NCBI RefSeq assembly: GCF_009914755.1
Contig: NC_060926.1
Source of the DNA: the human T2T-CHM13v2.0 reference genome, Homo sapiens
Direction: 5' to 3' (one strand)
DNA length: 64,000 nucleotides
Shown: one piece after another, positions 31,616-46,282 of the stretch
Position numbering within the stretch: position 1 is the first letter of the stretch
How the letters are laid out: the number at the start of each line of letters is the position of its first letter
The notes under the pieces: model-generated
Told to the model about the DNA's origin: nothing
Seen by the model: only the letters and a program-made list of their open reading frames with translations
The model's database searches: none
Position numbers and translations under genes: made by a program

Positions 31616-31704
31616 TTTTAAAAGCTGTTTAGGTAATATGACAGACTTGAAGGGCCAGCACTGCTATTAAAATTGACTTCTCCTAACTCAAATGTATTAC
31701 TCTA

Positions 31705-31935
31705 AAACGATTTTTCAACCCCAGCACTACTAACGTTCCCCAAATGTTAGTTCTTTGTTGTCAGGTAATTCTTTGCTGTGGGAGTTGTCCTGCATGCTAC
31801 AGGATGTTTCCTAGCCCTTAGCTTCTACCCATCTTATGCTGACAGCACACCACCAGTAGTGACAACCAATGGTATCTTCAGACATTGCCAATGCCCCCGT
31901 GGAGAAAAATGGCTCACAATGGAGAATCACTGCAC
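31705..31935 (-). mobile_element. MER20
   Basis: tttcaaccccagcactac...gtaattctttgctgtggg...gtgacaacca...cagacattgccaatgcccc...gagaatcactg (reverse MER20). Confidence 0.82.
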
Positions 31936-32315
31936 TAGGCATTCTATTATATATACTGACACCATGTACTGCATTTACTTTTGGGAGATGACAGTTAGTA
32001 TAGTCTACATCCTTATGACGCGCCTGACTTGTTTATTCACTCAGCAAATGTTTGTTGACATCTGCTTATATGCCTTCCAAGTAGAATGAACAGCACATAT
32101 CAAGGCCCTAGGGCAGGACAAGGCCTGGTTATTAGAGGAAGGTCCATGGAGTTAGAGATGAATGAAAGGAGGAAAGCAGCATGAGATGAGGTTGGAGAGG
32201 TAGGCTGGGTCAGGTCATTTTGGTGTTTATAAGCAACTGTAAGAGATTTAGATTATTGTAATTGTGATGGTAACTGACTAATGGGTTTTAAGTAGGGAAT
32301 TAAGTTAATCTCATC

Positions 32316-32595
<280 letters not shown>

Positions 32596-32630
32596 TAAAA
32601 GATCCTTCTCCCTATATAGAGTACAGATTA

Positions 32631-33293
<663 letters not shown>

Positions 33294-34059
33294 TTATGAT
33301 TTATTTGAGGCAATAACATATAATATGTGGGAGCAGGGTCTAAAGCAAGTGACTAACGTGAATATTGTGTACAGTAAAAAATGACCCTTGAATTATGTTG
33401 AGCATAGAGATACTAAAGAGACAGTATCTTTGTGTCACCACTAAACAGTGGGACACCATTTCACTGTTCACTGCAGGGCAGGTGCTTATTGAGAAAAAGG
33501 CAACATTTGAATTGCTAATAGTTTCTCTCTCTTTTATTTCTTAACTTGGCACATACATATTTAGCAAGTTAAATGGGTTCTATGCAATGAAATGAAATTA
33601 ATTTCACTTAAAAAGTAAAATACCGACCAATAAAAATTACTGTCTAATGAACTGTACACAGATGCATAGGGATTCAGTCAATTAAAGACCTAAGTAAGGT
33701 GGAGTGAAGAAGAAAAAGCTCACTGTCTGAAGAATGTGGAGTTTTCACAGGAAGAGGTCACAGATAAAGAGGTCAGAGTGATCTATGATCACCTTGATCT
33801 CCAATCTCCAATTTCTCAGATCTTAAAAACAATTCAGTGAAAAAAGCAGAATATTTAACTGCTTCAAAAGGATCGAGATATGAAGGTGGGGAAGAGAGGA
33901 GGAGGTAGCCAAAACACAGTGGAGGAATATAAATAGGAAAGCAAAAGTTTACATACAACATTTCTTAATAGTGGAGGAAACCTAGGCCAACAAGCAAATC
34001 AGCAAGGTTCCCAATGAAGTTACCATCTAAGTAAAACAAAAAATCAAGATTCCCTACAT

Positions 34060-34720
34060 TTTTATGGAAAACAGTATGGTAGCTCCTCAAAACATTAAAA
34101 ATTGATTACCAAGTAACCTTGCAATACTACATCTAGGGATATATCCCAAAGAATTGAAAGTAGGGTCTCAAAGAGATATTTGTACAGCCATGTTCAATGT
34201 ACAGCATTGATCATGTACAGCAGATTGTACAGCCATGTTCAATGTACAGCAAATAATGTACAGCAGCATTATTCACAATAGCCAAAGGCGGAAGTAAATC
34301 AAAAGTTCACTGACAGAAGAATAAACAAAATATGGTATATCATGCAAAGGAATATTATTCAGCATTAAAAAGAAAATTCTGACACATGCCAAAACACAGA
34401 TGAACCTTGAGACATAATACAAAGTGAAGCTAGTCACAAAAAAGATAAATACTGTATGATTTCCCTTATATGAGGTACCAAAGTAGTCAAACTCACAGAC
34501 ACAAGAAAATAGAATGGTAGTTGCTAGGGGCTGAGAGAAAGGAGAAATAGGGCGCTGTTGTTTAATGGGTATAGAGTTTCAGTTCTGCAAGATGAAAATG
34601 TTCTGGAGACTGGCTGCACAACAATGTGACCACACAACATTACTAAACTGTGCACTTAAAAATGGTTAAGATAGTAAATTTTATGTTATGTGTCTTTTTT
34701 TAAAAAATTTTAATTAAAAA
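34060..34720 (+). mobile_element. L1MB 3' end
   Basis: tatggaaaacagtatggtagctcctc...gtgcacttaaaatggttaagatagtaaattttatgttatgt. Confidence 0.85.
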
Positions 34721-35193
34721 ATTCCCTACACTCAAGTCAGTATTATTCAATATTGTAGACTGTATTCAGTAATATTTTTGGGTCATGTTTTGAATTTTCT
34801 GACTACAGGATTCTTCATCTATTAAAAAGCCTTGTGGGTGAACTACACGTTTACCTAACATTACCAACTGGTATTGTGAGCCTGCATTAATTAAATGTTC
34901 TGAGAAATCCACTTTGACTTCTTTTAATCCTTTATCAAAACAAAAAACAAAAATCTAGCAACAGGTGCTGATTTGAAATACCAAGGTCTGTCATTAGAGG
35001 CAAGGTACAAGATTGTAGTAACTGTGGGGAAAGGAACAATTATTGAGTGACGCTGCAACAATGGGATGGTAAAGACCTACTTTACCACTTTTCTAAAGTT
35101 CACTGCTTTTCCAGTCTCTCTACTGTTATGTTGGAGAGAAAAAAGCCCACAGACCAAAATCCTAGGCAAAGTTTAATTTTTAAAAACACTTTC

Positions 35194-35512
<319 letters not shown>

Positions 35513-35769
35513 ACACCTTTCTCCATTGCAGACTACTTTAAAAAGTAGGCTTACCAGAAAAGATATGGTTAAGATGTGGATAATAATTATCAGTGTGTCA
35601 TCTATCAGTCATCTTAAGGAGGTACAAAAGTTCATTTTATATCATATACTTGTGCTGAACCATCAACTTTACTTGCCATACAAATCTAGTTTCTCTTTGC
35701 TCAAAGCTAAAAGCCCTCTCAACATCGTTAGCCCCTTATCTTCATCATCTCCACTCCATACCACTTTGT

Positions 35770-36059
35770 TTTGAAAGAGGGTCTTGCTCTGTCGCCCGGG
35801 CTGGAGTGCAGTGGTGTGATCATAGCTCACTGCAGCCTTGATCTCCTGGACTCAAGTGATCCTCCCACCTCAGCCTCCCCAGTAGCTGGAACTGCAGGTG
35901 TGTGCCAGCCACCATGTCCGGCTATTTTTTTTTTTTGTGGAGACAGGGTCTCACTATGTTTCCCAGGTTGGTCTGGAACTCCTGGCCTCAAGTGATCCTC
36001 TTGTCTCAGGCTCCCAAAGTGCTGCTGGGGTTAAAGGCATGAGTCACTGTGCTCGGCCC
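35770..36059 (-). mobile_element. AluJ
   Basis: Alu consensus match, J-type. Confidence 0.88.
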
Positions 36060-36914
36060 ACAGCACTTTTTAAATCTGTTGATAACTTCCTTTTAATTTA
36101 CCTATACTGAAACCCACTTAAAATTTAACAATTAGACTCACCACCTCAACTCAAACATAGTTTTTTCTCTTCTCCAGTCCCCCAACATCTATCCAACCTA
36201 ACATCACAAGTTAGAAAACCTACTGGCTCAAATTCTCTGACTTTTTTCTCTAGTTCACTGTCTATAGCAATGACACCTCTCCTAACACTAGCTTTCAAGC
36301 TGTAAAACTGAAGTAGTACCACCACCCTGCCCCTATCTTTTAGGATGAGGATGTCATGAGGCCCAAGAGTTTACACATACTGCTGACCTACTTGATCTTC
36401 ATAAGATGTATCACGTGCAACTAAAATTATTATTGTTATCTCTGCCCTCGTTTCCCACAACTCTTACTTCATGCCCCTTGATCTTGACCACCAAACATTG
36501 TTACTAAATTGCTCAGTCTCCTGCTTCCTTCAGTCCTGCCTTTGAGCAGTCTTGGAAGAGTCTCCCGTTGTGTCTGCCAAGCTAATACCATGAGCTATTT
36601 CAAATGTGTCCTCCTTACTCATGTCTTCCTGCCCACTTCTCCACATGAATGACCAGGATCACCCTTCCTAGAGTGGAACAAGTGATAAAATGAAATCCAG
36701 AACACCTTTTGTCCATTAAATATTTGAGCTTAGAAATTTCAGGGTTTTCTTAGTGCTCTTCATGGTCCTTTAATCTCAAAAGCAGATTACTTTGTGACAT
36801 ATAATATCTATCACTTGGGGGATACACCTTCTTATCCTTTAGATCTAAAAACAATAACTTATCTCTTATATTAACTAGGTTTTGTACATTACGTCCCTCT
36901 CTTCCACACTTAAA

Positions 36915-37095
36915 CCAGTATTTTTCAAGTTTGTCTGATCACAAGAATCAGTTAGGTTGCTCATTAAGAAGGCAGATTCTGAGGTCCTACCTCAGGCCTT
37001 CATGACCAAAATCTCCAGGACAGGCACTTGGGAATCCATATCCTCATCAGTGCCCCAAGTTACTCTCATGTCAGGTAAAGCTGGGAAACACTGAC
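36915..37095. mobile_element. MER5-type MITE
   Basis: cagtatttttcaagttt...gcagattctgaggtcctacc...gggaaacactg. Confidence 0.6.
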
Positions 37096-38745
37096 AGCCT
37101 ATAAAATCTTCCTGTTTTTGTCAGTGTCCTAACAACCAGAGATCTGAAGACATATAGCCAAATGACTTAACTCTTTAGAATTTAGTCATGAAATTTCTAC
37201 ATCCTCCAGCCATGCTGTGAGTATGGACTGAAAATTAATTTGGACTTAAAATTAACACTATGTGATTCTTGTACTCCAATGTTTCTACTTCAGGTTTGTT
37301 GGTTGTGTCTCCCCAACCATGCTGTAAGATCCCAGTGAAGAATTTATACTGCTTTACATCCATTCAGTGCTTAATTAGCACAGTACTGAGCATTTAATTG
37401 AAACTCAATGAAAACCTTACTGATTAATCAGTAAAGCCACCACTCAGTTCAAAAAAACTCCACGTCTTAAAGCCTACCTGAATAGCACTGAATCCTTCCC
37501 ACACCATCAGTTAATGAGGAGAATGAGAATGCAAACTTAGGGTTTGCCTCTTGGCCTGAAAGAGCAAAGCAATTATTTGGCGATTTGGCCAGATTTCTAG
37601 AAACTTTTGTTATACTTTGACTGCCTAGATTTCTCATAATAGAGTCAACTTCCTTTCATCCCTCATGGATTACTGCTTTGACCCTGTGTTCTTTCCACCA
37701 TCATGCTGGAGAGATCTCAGAGTTAATGATTTGCATCTGATAGTGCACCATAAAAATTCAAGTGGCAGGCCGCTTTCGGGAAAGGACATACAGCAACACC
37801 GTTCTCACAAACAAACAGAAGTTTCATGTTGAACACTGCAAATGTTCAAGGATGCTTATTTGAAAACATTTGAAACATAAAGATCATTCTAGATTAAAAT
37901 ATAAATTATATAAAACAGAATGGAATATAGGCCCCTTTCTAAAACAGTGGAAGATCATCACTTATATAATATCCAAAAAAATAAAGTTAAGCAAATGATA
38001 GGAAGCTAATTTACTCAAGAAGTTAATACTGAACACAAAAGTTTCAACAAGGGTGTATCACAGCTATGTTCAATATTACATTTTTCTAAAGGATGAAACT
38101 ACTCTCTGTGAAATAAAAAGCTTCAAATGTAAGTAATGAATGGTCTGAATAATGAGATTCATCCCTGAAACTCAGTAGATTTCAAAATCAATGCACAGGG
38201 GCAAGGCTATTTATAAACTCTACTTCCCATCAACCTCAGCAAGATGTCAACTAACAATAACAAGTTAATGTTTTCCAGTAATCTTCACTGTGCTATTTAA
38301 TTGCCAGCACTCAGGCCAAGGTAAACTCCACAGTAACAAAAGAGCTAACATCACAATCAAAGAACAAGATTAATGAATATTACATTTCTGCTTTGAAGTG
38401 AACACTGAAAAACATGCCCACAACATTTTCTTTTTCAGCCTCTGGAGTTTGAGTTGTGCCAAATAATTAACATAGTAACTTGAAGGTAGATTTTTATATT
38501 TATTCTATTTTTAATTAACCATAAGCTTCAGTCCTTGGGGAACCTTTTTAGATAAAGAATATCCTCTTCATAGTACTATGAAGTATATAATTCCTTAAAT
38601 TATCAAATATAATTCTTAAACTCTGACCACCACTCCTAATGCAAAAATTTTTTAAAAGTAGCAATACAACTTGAAGTTCCAAATCTGAAATGTATAGCTT
38701 GATGAGTTTTTACATATGTCTAATGACATATTATAACATTCTTTT

Positions 38746-38776
38746 GCAATGGTGGTTAAATGGTAGAATTTCTACA
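38746..38776 (+). pseudogene. tRNA-Gly 5'-half-like fragment (possible tailless retropseudogene)
   Basis: GCAATGGTGGTTAAATGGTAGAATT versus tRNA-Gly GCATTGGTGGTTCAGTGGTAGAATT: 22/25 identical from the exact mature 5' end. Confidence 0.55.
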
Positions 38777-40109
38777 CTGATTAGAATGTTAATAGTAGAT
38801 ACTGATTTTTCATAATATAAGAAAGAGCAATGCTCAGTTTTTGTTGAGAGGGGAATGAACTTTCACAAGTAAATTGTCTCTTTATGTTAAACAATATTCA
38901 GTAAGAAAGTGCTCTTATAAAAATAAAGACAAAGAAAAAAAACAAAACATGCATTCTTTTCTTTTTCACAAAGGGGAGAGATCACTGACTTGATTTTCAA
39001 ACTCTTTGATTCTTTTGTTAACTCACCCCTGAATGCATCAACTCCTTGGCAAACAAAATAAATTAAACCTTCACAGTTTCTTCAACTAAAACTATTTTGC
39101 TGTCCATGGACTGAATTACTTTGGTCTGTTTGCCAAACCTCCACACGCAATTTGGCCACTTAATTGCTTAGAGGGTCCGCTATTTCCCTTTTCTGGTGCA
39201 CTAAAAAAAAAAATCACTTGCCATTTTAGCAGCTAGGTTTATGTGCTAACTTTCCCCACTGTTTAAATATCTACTCCCCAAGTCAGTGATGGATTATAAA
39301 ACCCAGGCCCCAGGATATTCACCTCATGCTGGATTTCTGATGGTTGGGATAACTCGTTCCTGGGCGTTGAGTTTTTGTCATCATTCATCCAAACATATTC
39401 TCCCATCTTTGGGCTGCCTGTTGTCACCTCCTCACAATATAAACTTCTTTCTTAGTAGTCTCCAAAGACTGTGTGGTCAGCTAAACAATTTTTAAACATC
39501 AGTGGCAAATGTCTAAGAACGTGCATACAACAAACTAACTGGGAAAAGACTAATCTGAACACACGAGAAATCTATTCAAACAAAAAATAAGTTTTAAAGA
39601 GCTGCTAGTTTTATTACTTAAATATGATGAGTAATGTGAACTAAAACACACAAGTACTGTTTCTGTTCTGAACCTGATACATTCAGAGGACACATTAATA
39701 ATAAACATCACGGAGGAAGGTACATTTTTGTAGTACATGTGTCAGAATTACACAAATAAAACAAAACCCTAAAATAGTGAAATTCAAATTAATGAGATTT
39801 CTTCTTTATTCTAGAAAAATCTCACTCTTTTTTAATGATGAAGTGACAGGTGAAGTGGCCATTAAACTTGGAGTTCTAGGGTCAGGAGTTTCTAACCCCT
39901 CTGGGAACTTTGCATTGCAGAGTGTGAAGGTCCTCAAATCCCCACCCACTCAACACAGCCAACAGAGGGGGTTTCTACAACATGAGTTTTCTTGTTCTGC
40001 TATGCAGCATGCCTGTTTCATGTCACCAAAAAGGAAACAGGCCATATAAACTGCATTTCAAAGTGGCTCGACTTCCATTGTGACAAGTGTAGAGCATTAG
40101 TCTAATAAG

Positions 40110-40348
40110 TATTTATTTATTTTTTGAGACAGATTCTCACTCTGTCACTTAGGCTACAGTGCAGTGGCGCGGTCTCAATCTCCGCAGTAGCTGGGGTTAC
40201 AGGTGTGCGCCACCACACCTTCGCTAATTTTTTGTATCTTTAGTAGAGACGAGGTTTCACTATGTTAGCCAGGCTGCTCTTGGACTCCTGGCCTCAAGTG
40301 ATCTGCCCAAAGTGCAGGGATTACAGGCATGAGCCACCACGCCCAGCC
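40110..40348 (-). mobile_element. AluS with two internal deletions
   Basis: Alu match; TSD agtcta(a/g)taagtattt. Confidence 0.88.
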
Positions 40349-40798
40349 AAGTCTAGTAAGTATTTAAACTCTCCATTGGAATACCCCCCCAAAAAACTTA
40401 TTTCTAATGCTACCAATAGGAAAACAAAGAGGAAAAAAAGAAAAGAAAATACTATCACCATCACACCCTTTGAATTACTCAAAAACAGCATTACTCTTAT
40501 TCATTCATTTAACAAACATGTATTGGGTGTTTAAGGTTAAATGTTAGGGGAGTGTACAAAATAATGACAAGTTTACATGTTTATTTAAAATACAATATAT
40601 AACACACAGTTTAAATCATAAATGATGTTCAAGAATTAAAACAAAAAGCCCAACATTTTCACTATCTCTATGAAAACTGTCAACTTTAAAAGACTACTAG
40701 AACTGCTTATTCTCTTGATGCAAGTTATTATTGGCATCCAATAATTTCTATTTTCTGTCTAAAATAATTTGTGTTAGTACATGACTAGGTTCTCTTAA

Positions 40799-41135
<337 letters not shown>

Positions 41136-41449
41136 AAGTCTAATAAGTATTTAAACTCTCTATTGGAATACACCAGGAAAACTCATTTCTAATATTACCA
41201 ACAGATGTTCTTTGTATTGATCACAACATCTTTCTAGTTCCCTTATTAATTAATGAGTTAAATAAAATCTTACATGCATGTTCATTTTATATTTGCCTGA
41301 GAGTGATTTTACCTTTATGAAATTATACTTTAACAATGTCAGTTTTCCCCAAATTGCTTGACAGATGCAACACAATCTCAATCAAAAAACATTTCATTGA
41401 TCCTTACTATTTATTGTTGCACATCAATTTTGGAATTTTGGAATTACAC

Positions 41450-42660
41450 TATCAAGTGAAAGTTTAAAAAGTTAAAATTTTTATTGGACATGCATTAAGC
41501 CTATGTTTGGAGAAAACTGACATCTTTATAATATTCAGCCCAATCAAAAACATGTAATATTCTTGGGGAAAGCCCAAGAGAATCAACGGAAAACATATTA
41601 GTGCACAAAAGATCTTTACAAATAATACAGCAAATGAGAGTTAGGTGACACGGTACAGTATGGTACTGAAGTTAGGAATACAGGTTCTGAACTCTGGATC
41701 TGCCACTTTCTAGCTATATGAGCCTCAGTTTCTTCACTGTAAAATAGTATTCACTTTCTAGAACCGTTATGAGGATTCAATCAGCAAATATATGTAAGTG
41801 CATCTAAGTGTTTGACCCAGAGTTAGTGCAATAGAAGTGAGGACTAATAGTATTATTACAAAGCAAATATACAGAAGTCAATCATTTTCAAAAGTAAAAT
41901 AGCACTATCAAAAGATATAACCAATAAAAGTACCCACTGATAACAGCAATAAGAAATATTTTTAAAATGCATTCTATACGAAGGAACCTTTAAAATGTAA
42001 TGCTGTTGATGACATATAAGGATACAAACAAATGGAATGGCATAAACCACTAAATAACACATAATTAAATATGTTATATATAGTTAATAAGTTAACATAT
42101 TAGTTTAGTGTGATCCTAATTTTAAAAATGACAATAAAAGGTAGGCGACTATACAAATTGATTTAAAGTTCATAAAATATTGAAAAAATAATACTGAAGG
42201 GGAATTAGTCTACACCAAATTGTAAAACACATATTGTAAAGCTACTATGAGCAACTGGTGTATGAATAAACAAATTGTTCAAAGGAAAAGACCAAAAATC
42301 TGGAAAATAAGAGCAACTATATACTGAAACTCAGTGTATGACAAAGACAGCTTTCAGTCTGGGGAGGTAAGATTTATTTTCTAATAAATGGTCGTGGACC
42401 AAAAAGAAAAAAAAAACCAGAAAAACTATGCAAATGATAGTTACCATTTATTAAGAAACTATATCATGCCAGCCACTATACTGGGAATTTGTACATGTAA
42501 CATCTCTATTCCTTACAGCATCGTTGCCAATTATGCGTTATTATTTTGCAGATGGGTAAGCTTCAGTTCAGAGTTTAAGTGACTTGCCCTAGCAAGTATC
42601 TAGAAAATGGGGAAAGAGAATATCAAGTCCAGGACTGTCTGCCTGGATCCAAAACTTCTT
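41450..42660. mobile_element. Old L1 ORF2 remnants with MIRs (41655-41855 +, 42435-42660 -)
   Basis: MIR cores gagcctcagtttcttcactgtaaaat and cattattttgcagatgggtaagc-type; A-rich L1-like flanks. Confidence 0.6.
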
Positions 42661-45600
42661 TCTATTATATCATCCTCTAGCCACCACATAATCCAGTTTG
42701 TCAATGAAACTATCAATGGAGCAATAAACACTGCAAGATCACAAACTGTATACCAAGTAGGAATGAAGTAAGTATAATATAACACAGTATTTTCTCTCTA
42801 TTCTTCTTAATTTTAAAATGATAAGTATACTTGGGGTCCCTGTCTGATTTATACTTCATCATTGTAGCTTCTTAGCTTTTCAATTACTGGATGACATCTA
42901 AGATGAATGCACCTTACACAAAATTCTTTCCAAAAGAGTAGCGTTAAAGTGAAGCTAGCATGCACTTCAAAATAATTTTACACAGAGGAAAATTTTGTAA
43001 ATGTTTTCTTTTTCTAAATACAAGGTCACAATTTTAGGAAACTGAAAAATCTGTAGGCCAAAAGAATATAACGCTGGTTATTCTGACTTTCCTCTGCTGG
43101 GCAGTAAACCTCCTGAACTTCTATTTTTGAAAACTGAGGTATCCCTTTAATCTTGTTACAGAACTGCTGACAGTGTTAAGACAGCAAAGGAAAATCAGCC
43201 CAGGGCCTGCACTATGAAGGTCTCCAAGAAAAGGAATAAAACAAAGCACAAACATGCAAAAGCATTTTGCAAGAGAATTTCGTGAAATCAGTGTCAGTGT
43301 TCACAACCCAACACAAGAAACACCACCCACCTGCAAGCTGTTTCAGACTAAAAGGGGCCCCTGAAGCCAGATAAACATTGTGAAACCCTCAGAGCCAATA
43401 TTTACAGCATGGTTAAAGTTGTACCTGTAGAAAACAGAACATCCCTCCTCTCTGGCCTCTCCAAGGATTCTACACATAACCAGTAATGCTCTCTTCTATT
43501 TTATTAGGTGTATATAAAGATACAGTTCAGAATGTACATGGCTTCCCCTGTCTTACTACATTCAGACAGTCAAGACACAAGGACACTCTGCTGTATGCAC
43601 TCCTGAAGTAATACCCTCTTTATGATTATTTGTTTTCTACAAACACCTAAGACAATTGAGCCAACATTTTTAAAACAGAGAACCATCTGCTCTTCAAAAA
43701 ATGGTCTCCATTTGGCTTAAGTCATTTTCAAAACTTTCTTTAATTCTATAGCTGAAAATACACAGAAGCAATGTCCCTTTCCCAAACTACATGTGATGTT
43801 AGAGATTTACTAGGATGCCCTCAGACAACGATAAAGATCTGTATTCTAAACATTCCGTCTCAGTTACTGAAGGCCACATGTTAAATGAATGAAGCCTATT
43901 TCTGTCTCACTTAGAAGCAAAACACTTAACACCTGCTTGGAATCAACAGCAAAGACTCTTACTAGGTTTCTGAGCCCCAAATACCACACTCGAATTAAGT
44001 CAAATGTCAGTAATGACTGACATTCAGAAGGGCTTCGCAGAGGCTCTGGCAACCTAGATACATTACAACACACTTATCTCTACCCATCACTACTCTGAGG
44101 CAAACAAAATCTGTTTCTTTATGTGAGATGACTAGAAAGTAGGGTGGCCTAGAATGAGTTTGTCCAGGGAATTAAGATTCATGGGGTCTGGCTCCTAAAT
44201 GACTGTGTGACTTCATATGCAGCCAACATTTCAAGAGCCCCTACTATGTGCTGGAGCCAGTGTCAGACACTGGGAGTTTTAAGTGGTGAGTAAGGCACGG
44301 TCCTCAGCCTCAAAAAATTCAGGTCACCTCCTCAGGTCTGTTTTCCCATTCATGGAGTACACGGCTCACAGGCCACCCACAGGTTTAAAATTCTATGACT
44401 CAACACGACCTATTCTTGGGCAGAACATAGCCCCGGGAGTGGCACAATATCGTGGAAAGAGAAGGCGGCTGTGGGGAGTTGGGATAAACAATAGCATCTC
44501 CTCTGAGCTACCTGTGGAGGAGTCTGCAAATGCCTTTGGCAAAATTATAAATTGTTTAGAATTGTTTAGAGTTTAGATAACGGTCCTTTCCTACTTGAAT
44601 AATTAATATGCTCTTATATGTGCCATTACCACAGGCCTGGAAGGGGGATCAACCTGATAACTAATTCACAACAAGGGATTTGAAAATTCAGTCAATGCTT
44701 GACTGAGGTGACATATGATGTTTCCCCCTCCTCTTTAGACATAGATTTTTTTTTTAAGGAAAAAATGTGTTAAATATACCAAGCTCAATGGCAAGAAAGG
44801 GAATCTCCAAATGCCAGATATAAAGAAGGAACTTAGAGCCAGGGTGATAGATGAGGTGCAGTGACCCACAGGGGAATTAGATGCTGAGCTGAGAGCACTG
44901 TGCAAAGCTTACAGCGATGAAAAACTGTTCTACTCACTAGAAAGCTCCATCATCTGATCGGGGATATGGCAAAGAATCTAGTTACCTTGCGGCCAGAGGT
45001 GAAAAATTTGTTCCTTATGAGCAATCAAAATTTCAGGTTTGAGAGAGGCTTATGCAGTATAGGAACAAGAAATTTACATAATGCTGGGTCTTGACCTATG
45101 AAATCTATAGAAAGGGCCCTAAAAGGTTAAACACAAAACTACCAGAGACAACTGCCTCTACCATCCAGTGCACAGGGGACTGCCAGGAAAAACTGTTCCT
45201 GAAGATGAGCTAAAAAAGAATTACAACCCTTGGGAAAGGCACCAGACACCGCAAAAGGCAGAATTCACATTCCAGGAACTACAGAAAACCAGTAACTTGA
45301 AAAAGACTAAGGTAAACAGATACCTTGTAGAATGTCCCTCAATTTGGGTTTGTATAGTATTTTCACATGATTAGACTGAGGTCATAGATTTTGGAGAAAA
45401 TATTGCAGAGGTGATGTTGGGCATTTAAGAAAAAATTAATAGAAAACAATCAAAGAGATAATGAAAAGACTAAAAGACAGAAGTAAACATAATTACCATG
45501 AGAAAATAAGAGGCAGATCTCAGGGTGGGATGGGGAAGAGACACCTTCATTGAAGTAGAAAATTCCATGACAGAATGAAGTACTTATTTCACCTGTGTCA

Positions 45601-45868
45601 CTAGACATAAGCAACTGAAAATGGAATCAGTGAACTAGAAAATACATCTGAGGAAATAATCAAGAATCAAGCCCAGAGATAAAAATTGGACAGAACTGTG
45701 AAATGGCAATATTCAAAGAAACGGAGATAAAGAATATTCTGGAATTTAATAAAGATATTAGTTCATATTAAAGGACTTCACCAAGTCTTGAGTATAGTTA
45801 ATATAACTAATGATCACCTAGGAACATCATAATAAAACTGTAAGCCATCAATAACAGAAAAATCTTAA

Positions 45869-46282
<414 letters not shown>

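Noticed and set aside
34181-34197. TGTACAgccaTGTTCA as a steroid hormone response element
   Set aside because: Spacer is 4 bp, whereas GRE/PRE/ARE elements need 3.
44283-44576. 97-aa plus-strand ORF
   Set aside because: GTG start, overlaps L2/MIR-like remnants, no recognisable domain or splice context.
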